Numbered from the stretch's first letter, positions 1-13,093 are shown. The stretch: DNA of 64,000 bases from Orbicella franksi (GCA_964199315.1 OZ116699.1:15066001-15130000), one strand, 5' to 3'. The notes: generated by a model from the sequence alone, not told the origin. Translations and numbers: made by a program.

Positions 1-47
1 CAATAAAAACATTAACTACCTTAGTTTGAGATCTTGCCATAATTATC

Positions 48-806
48 CAGTCTTTTAGCCAGAAAATTTTACTTGAGGGCCAAAGTGGCCCCTGAAGATC
101 TTTTTAGGAGCCAATTTTTTAGGAAAGGGGCCACTAAATTGAAAGCTACAGAAGGAAAAAATGTATCAGGGTACCAAGGGAAATAAAACAGTTTATTAGG
201 ATCTATGATAAAATTTAATAGCACGAGCTTTTTGAAGGGTTTCTACTCAATAAAGTTTCTTTTGAACCAGATACTAGTATGAAGGATCCGTGCGTTACAA
301 GAGAACAATCCTTAGGCCTACATGACGTAGTCAATGATCAAGGGTTTGCAATGCATTATAGGGCGATTTCAAACACGGTCAGCCATTTGGAAGTTTTCCG
401 ATATGAGAGAACCAATACAGCAGAGCAAAAGGACGGATTGACTTCTTTTCTTATGATGAATGTTTTAGAAGCAAAGATCTTTCAATATGATTTTTCTAGA
501 AGGACATAATGTGTGACAAAATAACCGTTATTGATCGTCAACACAGAGAAATGTAGTCGTCATTATGCCGTATTATGGCGACTAAACCAGAATTTTTGGT
601 CGCCAAGGATGAAATGCTTGTTGCCTTGACGACCGTATCTATCACAGTTTCGAGCCCTGGGATGGCTTTTAAAATATTATGCCTGCGTTAGGCCTGCAGT
701 CTTGTTAAAGGAAAAGGGCCAAATTGGCCCTTTTTTCGTTTTTCTGGGGACCATCTCTGATTGTAACGCGGGATTTCCGCAATGGCGCGCTCTGGCGAAA
801 ACACTG
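48..806. mobile_element. Non-autonomous TIR DNA transposon (hAT-like CAG...CTG termini), 759 bp, 6-bp TSD; second copy at 35075-35831
   Basis: Left end CAGTCTTTTAGCCAGA; right end reverse-complements to CAGTGTTTTCGCCAGA. Flanked by ATTATC at 42-47 and 807-812. Colinear along its whole length with 35075-35831. Confidence 0.85.
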
Positions 807-1857
807 ATTATCTATCAGACTTGAATCAGCACGGTCACTAAATCGGCATAAAAAATCAAGAAAATTCCTTGGGCTTCTGAAGACCTATCATCCCACATAG
901 CCTGACTCGCCCAACATGTGCATTCCCCCAGACTCATTGAAGTTAAAATTCCTTTTTTTAAATGAGAATCCATCTTTTCTACATGCCATATATTAAGACA
1001 CATTTTCCTGTTTCAACTTTCTATTTCTATATAAAGCTTAAAATCAACAACTGAAAATAATTTAGGCTTATCTATTAAATCTGAGCACTCATCTCCAGTC
1101 AATCCTCTAATCTGAAACAAGCAAGAAATCGCCTTTGCTTGAAATAATAAATTAATCTTACATTTAAAAACGCAATTTTAAGAGAGCGATGAAAAGCTCT
1201 GTGTGTAATTATAAGTTTCCTGTTCTCTTTCACAGCTCCTCGTCTCTAGATTGATGACTTAGAACATGAAGTCCATAAATCATCGATCTTGAAACAAGCA
1301 GTTGCTGAAATTTCTCCTGGCAGGCAAAAACTTGGGAATAGCGTCGAACTTCCAAACTGGATTGTATGCACAAGTCATACAATAATAAATTGTGTTGATA
1401 CATGTAGTCTTAAAAGTTTTTAATAGCAACCGCTTTCGCCAGAATTTTCTGAACGGAAATCTCAGGTTTTAAAACATTAAGAGGAAATACGCCTTCTTCA
1501 TTAGAAGCGTAAATCGCATGATAAACGCCAAATATTATCGCTACTTCAAACAACAGCAAACTATGATTTGTAAGAATAAAAACCTATTTTCGCTTTTACC
1601 TGACTTAAATCATTAACTGACCGTGACATGCTAAGTTGACACGACAACTCAGGCCTACAATGCGTAAGGTGTTGTGTATTTGTGATTTAGTTGTTAGTTA
1701 GTATCCTGCGTTCCAAAATATTACTGGTCAGCAAGAGACATCCTTGCATTCAGGAAAACCTCATTCCGGGATTGTTGCATCATTCATCGCGCAAAGTAAA
1801 GAAAGTCATCGTTTATAGGCTGTGAAAAACACTGAAATAAAACTGTTGGCAAAGATG

Positions 1858-2173
1858 TATGGGTTATTGACCAAGCTTGTTCGGTTAAGATGGCTGGATA
1901 TTGGCCAAGTTCTATTTTTGCGTGTTCATGGACCAAGACGGAGTCGAGGTCCATAAACTCGCAAAATAATAACGAGGCCAATATCAAGCCATCTTGACCG
2001 AACAAGCTTGGTCAATAAAGGTTTATCATATGGCTTTCGCGAAAATTTTTCTTGCGGGATATGGCGGGAAGTCCGGAGCGGGCAAGATAGCTCCCTTTTG
2101 CCCGCTCGGGTAGCCAATCACAGCGCAGGATTTGATTCATCTTGCCCGCTCACGGAGCTAGCCATATAATAAA
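1858..2173. repeat. Interspersed hairpin-rich repeat family A (copy 2 at 17347-17619), unclassified non-autonomous element
   Basis: Begins TATGGGTTATTGACCAAG and ends GAGCTAGCCATATAATAAA in both copies. Long internal inverted repeat (TTATTGACCAAGCTTGTTCGG...CCGAACAAGCTTGGTCAATAA). Confidence 0.8.
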
Positions 2174-2750
2174 GTTTCTTCTTAGTGTGATATCTTAAAA
2201 CGGGCGTGGGAAAGACAGCGAGAAAAATATTGCAAACTTCGAGGAAATTTTATGATTGAAATGAAGATATAGAAATGGTTTGGATTTTCTGCCGGAACGA
2301 CCGTATTATAACAACGGAAATATCGGGTCTCAAAACACTAAACGGGGTTAGCCTTCACGGCTAAGCTGACACGACAACTGGTGTTTTCCGCCCCTCAAGT
2401 TGGTTCCCTGCTGACAATTCATTTGACAATTCATTATTTTAAAAAGTTTTACATTTTTCCTTTCGTTGCTACGTGCTTTTTAATGACAGGGCCACCCAAG
2501 GTCTTCTCTCAAGAGGATGAATATTTGCACTCCACGGTATGCTATACAAAATATCGGAAAAACCTAATAAATATCGGGACATACTTTCGATGATACGAAA
2601 AAAGATGCTTTGCCCTCACATTAGTGCCAAGCGGTAGTTCATGGCTCTACTGATTACGTCGATGAAGGGAATTGGAAAAAGAACAAGACATTTAGACAAA
2701 TTGTTTGAGGAAATTTCCAGGTACAGACTGAAGAATTAGCTACCGGATAT

Positions 2751-3492
2751 AGGAGTGGCGAATGGTAAATGCGAGACTTTGCGAGACTGCGAGACCAGCG
2801 TTTTTCTTTGCGAGCCCGAGATATATTGACTGTTTAGATTGCGAGACCGAGACTTCAAAGTGTTTTAGGTGCGAGTACGAGGCGTTCAGACTCTTAAAAT
2901 TCGAGCTAGCCCCAGAGATAGTTGAGAGCTATGAGAATGAGCTAGAATGTGCTTGTACAGAAGGAGCCTTGTGTCAAAAATACTTGTGCTTTTACACAAA
3001 TAAGTTCTCCGACTTCGTGGGTTTCATCATGAGCGGTTGTGTGTGGCTTCTTGATTCCCCTTTTAGCCTTTTGGTCAGCTTCTGCAAACAAGCTGGAACT
3101 GGAAATTCGTCTATAACACACTACGTTACAATATCCTAGAACAAGATAAATGTTTTTCTGGCGCCAAACTGACGTTACGGTAGGTTTTGTAGCTTTTTGT
3201 GGAATTCAGACAATTTAGGAGAAGTTAGGATTAACTTTTTCTCGGAAATTTGAAAGTTGCTTTATTGAAATTCAATATCAGGAGACGAGAAGACGTCATT
3301 TATAAAAACAAACAAACGTATCGGGACTTCGATGCGTTAACCTTGCAAAAATAGAGACTCCGAGAGAGCTTCGTATAAAAATGGAGACTGCGAGACGTAC
3401 ATAAACCGCCGAACAACGAGACTGCAAGACCCGTGAAATTCGACGAAAATTTTCCGAGAAGCTGAGATTTTGAAAGACCATTCGCCACCCCT
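2751..3492. mobile_element. Non-autonomous TIR element, 742 bp, 16-bp TIR, 6-bp TSD
   Basis: AGGAGTGGCGAATGGT at 2751 and ACCATTCGCCACCCCT ending at 3492 (1 mismatch). GGATAT flanks both ends (2745-2750, 3493-3498). Internal GCGAGAC-type repeats. Confidence 0.75.
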
Positions 3493-6159
3493 GGATATAG
3501 AAGCTAGAATTGGAAAGCTTTCGTAACCATCCACTTGGCTTGATAGTTTAAATTAAAAGAAAGTAAGTAAGAAAATAATTCAGTAGGCTGAACACTTAAA
3601 TCTAAGCATTTACCTAAAATCAAGCTATTTTGAATGTAAGAAATTGTCCTTGTTTAAAATAAAAAAAATCAATTTTTCATTTGAAACGCGATTTTAAGCG
3701 ACGAGATGAAAACTGACAGTGAGTAAAGTCCACTTTCCGTTCTCTCTTGGAAATTTTGTATTGGCAAAAACGTATCGATCCCATTTAGACAAGAGCTATA
3801 AATTAAATAAGAACTAACTGGTTTGAAGTATGACTTTCAAGGATTACCATACAACTACATCACGTCGTCGATTGAAACGTGACATAACCCAACGAGCATT
3901 TGCAAGACAAATATCATAATAAATATTACCAGCAGCGGTTCGGAAAAGAAGCCAGCACTTCTCTTCGGGAGACAGGAACGGAGATTGGACTCAGAGGGCT
4001 GTGAAATGACGCTTAGACAAACCGGTCTACTGACAAGTTTCTAAACTACCTCCCCGGAAGGAGTAACAATTCTAGCCATGAGTTATCAAGCCGACCACGC
4101 TCCAACGAAAAGCTCACCAAGGAAGTCCTAAATCCGACCTCGACCGACGAAGGAAGAGTAGTACTTCGAGGAGCTCCGAAGTCGAACCCGAAACTACTTC
4201 TCTACTTTCCTACCTCTGCATTCTGCAGAGAGGAAGTCTTTCTACATTTAAAGTGAAAGTGAAACCACAGAAAGAAAATAGAGCGGTTTTCCTTTGAGCG
4301 ACACGATTGGCTTATATAACCACAGGCAGCCCAAGCTCTCTCTATGAACCACACAAGCAACACAATATGGCATCGAATTATAAGGGTTTATATGGGATTT
4401 TCTACAAGATATCCATGGAAGAGAAAATTCTCAATAAAAATGGCATAACTTATTCCATGCGTGTGTTGTTTGCTCCTGGTGTGGTTATTTTACCGATTTA
4501 ACGTGATTTAACCTACTTTTTTGAATTCCGGTTTCCCCTTCATTAATGAGCTAATACTGTTAGCTTAATACTGTTAAAGACTACTCTAAGCAACTTTGTT
4601 TACAATTATCTTCAAAGATATTGCTTATTTCGAAACGCACGGGTTTTCCGCTTTTGAACTGATCACGCGATAGCCTACGATACTTTGTTTGCAAATATAA
4701 GATAGTGTGTATCTCAGAAAGGACGTGTTCTTATTCAGTTAAGAGCTGATAAGCCCCAAGTACCTTACGAGCGATTGATACTAGAATGGCACTCAGTTTT
4801 GTTCTTTAAGTATTTTACGTGCGAAAGATCTGGAAAGTCGCATTAAAATATAGTAAGCTCTATTATCACACAGCTAAATCACAAAAATTCTTTAATCAAA
4901 AAAACTCTTTAAGGGAGGTGGACTTTCCATCACGGAATCGTGTCTATGTTAAAAGCTGCGTGATAAGTAAATGATTTGAGTGTAAGTGCCGAAACGGCTA
5001 GTTAATTTAAATAGTTAACCCTTCGAGGTACGAGACAGTTATAAAAACGCGTAAGATTTCATGCCACACAGTATGCAGAGCTTCGGTGCTTGTTGTGTTT
5101 ACATAGACACTCTGCTAAGCTAATATTTTTCAAATGACTAACGAGAAGTATCGCATAAATAACACGTACCGACAAGAGCTGTATCGCCTGCACTTTTCTT
5201 TTTTTTAGTAAAACATTTGTTAAGGATGCAGGTGTTTTTCTTGACAGCACGTCTACTTGGCAACCTGTGTGCAGACTATATCCGTTTGTTTCACTATTTC
5301 CGCGTAAAACACGGGAAATAGGGGTACTTGACCCCTCTTGCGTCAGTCATCATTTTCCATTCAATTCACAAGCAAGTTCAAATGCTCAAGGCAAGATATT
5401 TTCCCAGGCATTGGCAATACTTGAGTAAGTCTTCGTTGAGAAGCCGGATAAATTTGTTCATTTGTATCATGCGCGGTGTCTTGTTCATTTCGAACAGCGG
5501 GGCGACAGAGCCAAGGACGAGGCCAAAGTTTAAGTTGACCGCTAAAAACGAGAGGGAAAAGATTTTCTTTTCTCTCCCTTTGCTCGTTTTATTTTGCACA
5601 GTCAATTTTGAAACAGCAATGTTGGCAATTCATCGAAACTAAATACCTGAGGGCGGTCCGTACTAGAAAAAGTTAGACTGCTCAAAGAGCCAAGCAGAAT
5701 TCTCCTTTCCATCGGTGGCCAGTTTACCATTTAGTATTAAACAAGCCATATCTTTCTATTTTTTCTAACTTTCTATTCCTTCTTTTTTGAAACCAGAAAC
5801 ACGAGAAAAACCTAAGTTGGCTCTTAGAATTGCGCGCTGTACTATAGGAGTATTGGCCCTTGGTCTTTTTCGAGACGGATCTCTCTGCCTACTGTCAGGG
5901 TCTGTCAAGACCGGGGGCCGATATTCTTCCAGTAAGGACCAGCAAAGCATTCACGTTTGGTTTAACTTTGAAATTTAAAAGTTGAGTTTTGAACTTTTTA
6001 AAAGCTATATTTGCGGTATGTAGCTAAATCACGATTCGCCAAGCGACCTATGTACCCAAACGCAGAAAACGTTACCTGTTTCGACAAGAACAACATGACG
6101 TAACAACCTGATTGTTTTTGAATACGCTGGCCAGTGTTTCCGTCTGTTCATAAACAAAG

Positions 6160-9100
6160 ATGGCGACCAGTTTTGGCTGGAAGAGAAAACTATCTCAAAA
6201 TGTTGCTCGGAAAAGGGCAAGAGCATTTGATGAAAGTAACCAGATACCTGATGATGGTGAAGATGAACCATTTGAATTGGACTGGCGAGTCCTTTTAGTT
6301 AAAAGAGGAGCACTGAGCATCGAAGATAAGGTCGTCAAAAGCAAGCGACTTCAAGACGAAGGAGTTTCCCTCGCGGAACAGCAAAGGTTTGGAAGTTATA
6401 CATTCCTCTGAAGTCTTTGTTTTTAGCTCTTCATTGGATTTCTCAGTCTGGCTTTCTCAGGATTTTACCAAAGGTAATAGGCCCTTGTTACCTAGGGTAT
6501 ACATTTGTGAAAAGCTTGCGCTGGGGTGTTAACGTTGGCGGTTTGGTGGAGGGGAAATTTCAAAACATTGCGAGGTTTATTCGGATTGGTTTCTATTTAA
6601 TAATAATAATAATAATGACTTTATTACTGTGTCAATTACATCTAGCAGTGGAGAATCCCCACTGCTAATAAGAATTATCTAAAAATAATATACAGAAAAG
6701 TCCTACAAGAGAAATTAAAATTATAAGCTTATCATAGTTATTTAAGTGGGTATTGAGAGGAGTTTGTTTTTGCGCCTCCCTGTTGTTGGCTCTCTTTCCT
6801 TGATTACCAACATGCATGCCTGGTGATGTCCGGTGTGTTATCCAACATTTATATGCAACCCGCTGAACTAAAATTTCGCAACTTACAATTTGATTGCGTT
6901 TTTGATGTTGATAGGTACTGGGAGGCAATCACAAGGTGGAATGAGGCCATATCTTTGACACCGAGTAACGAAAAGCTTTATGAAATGAAGTCACAGGTAT
7001 TAAAGAAATAGAAAACAATTTCTGTTTCTATAAAGTTAAATAAACACAAGTGAAAGTTAGAGTAAGACATGGTGCAGGAACATGAGCTTCAGGTGAGGGT
7101 GTCCACAGCCTTTTTGAGTTCTTCCAAACTTTTACTTGTGTTTCCATTTTATAACAACAATAGATTGTGAGCTCAAGATTTCTATGAGGTGAGAGTTGAT
7201 GACGCTGAAAAGAATCATTGCTTTAGTGGAATTGTAACTAAAGCTCCTTCAAATAGGGATTTCCAATTCTGTCCCTAAGTAGTATTTAAACTTCACGCTT
7301 TAGCAAAGTTGAGCAGTCAGACTTACTATTATTGTCACCTCAAACTTGCAATTGTGTAGGTGCATTCCTGAGTTTTTCATCAGTTTCAAGTTTTTAAATT
7401 CGAGAAATGGTGATAAGTATGCCCTTCTTTTAATCCTGTATGATTCAGGAATTAGACTATCCAGTTATGTTTCGAAATCTTTATTGTGTAATGGTAGTAG
7501 TCATAGTAGTAGACTTTATTGGAGAGGGTAACATTTGACAGTAACAAAACTGATAAACTAATGGTCCTTGAAATAAACACAAAAGAAAATTAATTAAAAT
7601 CACTATGTACAACCTATAAATATGACTAATTTACAATTTCTAAGTAGTAAAAATGTAAAACTGCTAGATACTAATACATAATTGAGTAGTAAATTGACTT
7701 TTTAAAATTGATTTAAAAGGTGATCCTTTAAAATGCTTTGTGCTTAGACTATGCTTAAGATTGACATTCAGCTTGTTCCATCCTTGGATTGCTGTTACGG
7801 TGAACGTCGGCCACCTTCCGTACATCTCTTGTAGCGAGGGCAGGTTAAATTTAGATTACAGTATCTAGTTGTTTTATTATGGATATCAGAGTTGACATAC
7901 ATGTAGATAATGATAATCATGGTAATGATACATGTAGATATTATTATTACTGAACAGTCATTGGGAACACATGCCCAAATAAACAGTTTTCATTGTACTG
8001 ATAGGAAAATTCTTGTTGTAGTAGAAGAATTCTCCGTTTCTGACTCACTGAATGTTCTTATTGGGTAACCACAGCTGTATTAAATATTTGCGAGTTTAGA
8101 GATACATGAGTCAGTATGTCAAGAAATGTAGGTACCTGTGCTTTCTGTAAAGAGGTGGAGATGATTGATGTCTGCCAGAACTCAACTTTTTGTCTAGACT
8201 TTTCAGTCAGTGTGAAATGCAGACTGCAGACTGAAGAATAGACCAGGGGTAAAATGCAGACATTGGGTGAAATGCTTGTTTCATACACAGTCAGGGTGTA
8301 AATGAATGAGATATCTGACAGGACTCTCTTTGCAAGCCGACAGTGTAGACTGATCATGGGGTGTCAAGTTTTTAACAGATTGCCATTATTTTTTAAATTG
8401 CACAATATTATCTAGATACTATTGGAGTTGCATGAGTTATTTCCTGCTATACAAGCTGCAGAAAAAGCTGTCTCACTGAACCCTCATTGGCACATCGCTC
8501 ACCAAACACTTGGCCGTGCACAAATGGGGTATGGTGATGTTGAAATGGTGAGTTTCATAATTTTTATTCTCTCAAGTCTGTCGTTTGTATTCCATGTTTT
8601 TCTTCTCCATCCTTGACCATCCTTGTTCCTGTATGGATTATTATCATCTCTTTGGTGTTTTCCTTCAATTTAAAGGACATTTTTAAGCTCCTTAACTGTT
8701 GCTCATGTCAAATCATGGTAAAAACAAACAAACAAACAACCAGACAGACCAGCACTGTGAAACAGAAGGGGTGGGATGAAGGGATCCAACCTACCTACTT
8801 GGCTCCCTCCAAGTATCCATTTTATATTTTGTTCAGAACACTTGCTTAATTCCAATCTGTCGTATTCTTTTCCTCCTCTGGGAGAAACGTGCCAGCAAAC
8901 TACATGCAGTGCTGGCATAAAGTTCTTCAAAAATACTAATCTCCTAAAATTTTCTCTCAAATTTCTTGATGCCATCTTGGGGGCTCAATTTTCTTTGCAA
9001 ATGTCAAGATTATCAAAAGGTGAATAATAATATAATTGTATTTTAACTTTTAACTTTATGGTAGGGTGTGAAAAGTTTTTCAAGAGCTGTCCTGTTACAA

Positions 9101-9596
9101 CCTGATGATTTAGACGTAAGAAAATCTCAATAGTTTTTAGCAATCATGTTGTTATACGAGTTGAATAAATTAATGTTTACTTAATAGTTTGTGGAATTCT
9201 TAGACTGAAATTGCCTTTTAAATTTATTATTTTGGGAAATTAATCGAGGAGAACGTAAGATAATAATATTGACAAGCCATGTCAAAGATTTACTTGTTGC
9301 TTTTCCCTCTGTCAGAAATTTAAATACTGCTACATGTACAAGAGACTTTTTGTTGGACTGACTATAAATCCAAACTTTATTTTATACTTTGCATACAATT
9401 CTTACTGCAGATGTGGACTGAAGACTTGCACTGGGCCTGGAAACTGAGAGACCAAAAACGGAAACAGGAAAAAGATAACAGCAGCTCTAGATCTATTCAA
9501 GATACCCAGGAACTTCAGGAATTATATGCTGAAGATCTAGATCAAGATGATGACTTTCAAGCATTAATTGGATGCAATGTCAAGAAAGAGCCATGA
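6160..9596 (+). CDS. TTC33: Tetratricopeptide repeat protein 33, about 225 aa, 5 exons
   Basis: Exons 6160-6386, 6915-6996, 8416-8547, 9065-9115, 9411-9596; all introns GT-AG and in phase. Motifs MATSFGWKRK, KSKRLQDEGVSLAE, LYEMKSQ, LHELFPAIQAAEKAV, QTLGRAQMG and WTEDLHWA match vertebrate TTC33 from recall. Confidence 0.92.
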
Positions 9597-9754
9597 AAGA
9601 TGTTACCAGATGATAATGATTATTATAATCAACCATGTTTGTTTCTGGAGTGATAGGTTCCTCTAACAAGTACATTCCATTTGGGGATTTGAATTCAGGT
9701 CACATTTCAAGTCACACCAAGACAACCTGGTGTACTTGAAGTCATGTACAGAAG

Positions 9755-10390
9755 CTTAGAAAGACATGTCATACCTGTAATCTGGTTGCAAACTAAATGT
9801 GAGACTTGTCATACTTGTAATCAGGCCACAGGCTTAGAAGAGAAGACACTTGTAGTCAGGATGTGTCACGATTTGTAACTACTTGACAGGAGAATTTAGC
9901 TTGTTACATAACAAGGCTGTGGTACAAAAAAAATTGTGAGGTGCCCTTATATGAAAAAAGTAACTTATTCCAGTCACCCAGAGGCAAAGGTTAGTTACCT
10001 GTGGCATCCGGACACTTCTAGAGCACAGCTCTGCACAACATGTCACACTAACTTGTAATCAGGCCACAAGATTGGTTTAAGACCAGTCACACTATTTCTT
10101 GTGATCAAGTTGCAAGCTCAAATTGCAAGATGTGTCAATCTTGTAATCGGGTTGCAAGTTTAGTACATGACATGTCGCTAAGCCCATTGCAGGACCTCTC
10201 GCAGTTGTAGTTAGGTCTCCAGCGAAGTGCAAGACCTGTGTGTGACACTTGTACTCAAGTCTCAATCTTAGTGCAGGACCTGCCGCACTGGTAATCAGTT
10301 CAAAAGCATAGACTTAGTGCAAGACCTGTCACATCTGTAATCAGTTCAGGAGCTAAGTATTGGACCTGTCAAATTTTTTTAGGTCACAAG
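9755..10390 (+). repeat. Degenerate ~40-45 bp tandem minisatellite downstream of the TTC33 stop codon
   Basis: Core TGTCAYACTTGTAATCAG recurs at about 9767, 9807, 10041, 10085, 10133, 10241, 10281 and 10327. Confidence 0.65.
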
Positions 10391-10796
10391 CTTGGTAGTG
10401 GGGGTTGCGTCAAATTTGTCACTTGCGTTACGACAAAGTTCATTTCTCTGTTATGGTGGTTTAACACACTTTTCAGTAAGATCCATTCTTTGTCTCTGTC
10501 TATTGAGAAAATCATGTGTGCTGTGTGTTAGCTACTCAAAAGTGCTTAGGGTACTAAATCTGAAGGTTACTCTTGGAATCAGTCACTGTTACGGTCCGGG
10601 TTATTAATGTTTTATGAATATCAACAAGAGAACGTGAAAGGTAACTTGCAACATCTGTAGAAATCTCCGGTCCTACAGGCTAGTTTAAGCTTGCCAGAAA
10701 ATCACGATGAAAATTAATGGCAAGGCAAAGGAGGCCAAGAACCTCTGACTTTTCTTGCTCTACAATCTCGAGAGACTTAAAGTTAATTATACAACT

Positions 10797-10961
10797 TAAG
10801 GGCGTAGCTAGGGGTGTCCTGGGATGCCCGTGATCCCCCTTTTGTAAGCCTTTTTTAAGCAAACAACCTTCAACAGCTGGCGAAAATGCCATGACAATAT
10901 CTTGGCAATTGTTGAAAAGTCAGTGTGACTCCGCCTTTGAGTAATCCTGGCTCCGCCACTA
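10797..10961. mobile_element. Degraded hAT-like MITE (GGGGCGTAGC...GGCTCCGCCAC termini)
   Basis: Imperfect inverted ends only; no TSD confirmed. Confidence 0.4.
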
Positions 10962-13093
10962 ACTGTCACAAACAAGCTCATGACGAATGTAGAACACAAT
11001 TTTTTGTGCAAATCAAACTTACATCTTTGCAAGAAAGTTCATTTTCAGTCTAAAATAGCCCCAAGGTTACTGATAACGTGAACTAGAAAAACAAACAAAT
11101 CAGAGACAGTTCTGGCCTTATGACATTCTTTTATTCATTGAGTAAAACCATTACATTATGTAATTTTATCTTTTATAGTCTCTGCAGCGAAATAAAATAA
11201 AATTCCTAAGCTAAAATCTCCAGTAAAAAGTGTTGTACCAACTCTCAACAGAAGGTGAATACAGATGTCTTGTTTCGAGGGGTCACTCAGTAAATACAGC
11301 TAACTAAATTATTGCTAAGTTATACATTATGGTATTACTTCTGTCTCAAGATTAACTGAAATAATACCCAATGTTATTGGGTTGTGGTGTCATCTTTTCA
11401 GCAAACGTTTGAAATAAGCACAACACAAACATGACATCAGTTTATCTTGCACTGAAGCTTTCTTCATTTGTACACCACATAACACATGCTGTGAAACAAG
11501 TACAGAAAAAAATCAAACACATTTTTCCCTTTACTCAATGTAGTTTTTGATGCAAAAGAAAAAAACAAGAGTAATATAGAACACAGAATCTTAGTCGAGG
11601 TAACATGAAAAATACTGCCTGCAATTCCCTGTTGTGGTAATTGAGTAATTATAATATAAGGTAAAAATTACTGAAATGGAAGTTCATCTTTCATGCCATA
11701 CTGTTTGCTATACAATTTTTCTAGGCTGGAATTTCAGACACTTTCGGGAATTAAAGATGCTTATGTTCAGATGTAGATCAGTGTTGGTCTAACAGCACAC
11801 AAATAATCACATTTGTACGTGTGGCAGTGGTTAAGTCTTAGGGTGGGAAATCATTCTCTAGAGATGTTAAAAAACATATTTGTTGGCATAACTTGACTTG
11901 CACACTGGCATTCACACTTACATGCACTGTAGTGACATTTAATTTAACAAGCTCAATAGTAACGTTTAACATGTTACATGTATATATTTATTTATATCAT
12001 AATCAAACTTCAAAACATCAAAGAAAAGTTATTGCATAAATCAAATCCTTTGCTACTGCCAGAACACTATGAAACAAACAACCCCCAAGAAGTCTCTTTT
12101 TACTGACTGAGACAAAGACAAAATGGCAAATTTTCCTGTTCATGGACATTGAGCCAGTCCTTAGATGCAAATAGCCTTACAAGTTTTACATAATACACTC
12201 TTACTCGGAGCACTAAAATGGACATCAGTACCAGCCTGTCAATTCCTTACACTCACTAACTTAACTCACTCACTTAAACTCACTATCAGTTCATTGTTTA
12301 GTGTGTTGCATACCCCCTAACCCTTTCAGTTCCACAGCTCAAAATTAACATCAAAGTCTCCTTACAGAAAGCTACACATTTCATTTAATGACAGTGTTGA
12401 GAATTTGCTGGAGTGTCAAGATGATATCCCTTGTCAATAATAATTTTTGTCATTCTCATCACCTATCTTCTTGACTATGAATTTCTATCGTAAGAAAAAA
12501 GTCAGCTCTTGATAAGGCTTGGGACTATTAAGAGTTATGACTACTTTCATTTGCTCATGCAACTTCAAGGATAAAAATCATTTACGTCAAAAATAACTTA
12601 CAATTAAAAAAAAGTTCTATGACATTAAAAAAAAGGTAAATCATATTTGATGTCTACAGACAATAATTGCAAACTGAAAATGCCACTTAAATTGATGAGA
12701 GACCTGAATCGAGAAAGACTTTGCTCACACAGATAAAGTTCAATTAGTTACATGTACCAAAGTCTGTACGATACCATGTTAACCATACATTCTTAAAGAG
12801 AAAATAAAACTTGCATGGTTTCTTTTTCTTTCATTTCTGCATTCCATGTAACATTATTTTGAAACTAACTCTCTGTTTAGGTAGGTGCACGTCACTAACA
12901 CATAATGCTGGGCTTTTAATTTCTCATCCCACAGGGGGCTTCATGACCCTTCAATAAGATTTTCAACTTTTTTACATTTCAAAACAAGCAGATTTCTTTG
13001 TTACTGTAATATTGCAACTAGTTGAGTTGCACTGTTAAGTCAGTGCCAAATAAAACTTGACCCTCCCTGTGTCTTGATCATCGGGTACTGGTG

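Noticed and set aside
279-509. [13 protein letters not shown]..., repeated at 35253-35513
   Set aside because: It lies inside both copies of the MITE, the stop positions differ between copies, and it has no transposase or other motif.
2762-3139. 125-aa Cys-rich ORF
   Set aside because: It is entirely within the 2751-3492 TIR element and arises from internal GCGAGAC repeats.
9102-9130. CTGATGA...GAAA resembling a second hammerhead
   Set aside because: No stem I or stem III pairing can be formed, and it overlaps a TTC33 exon and splice donor.
11130-11200. Opposing AATAAA signals suggesting overlapping TTC33 and adducin 3' ends
   Set aside because: Many alternative AATAAA hexamers exist in this AT-rich region, so the 3' ends cannot be assigned without RNA data.
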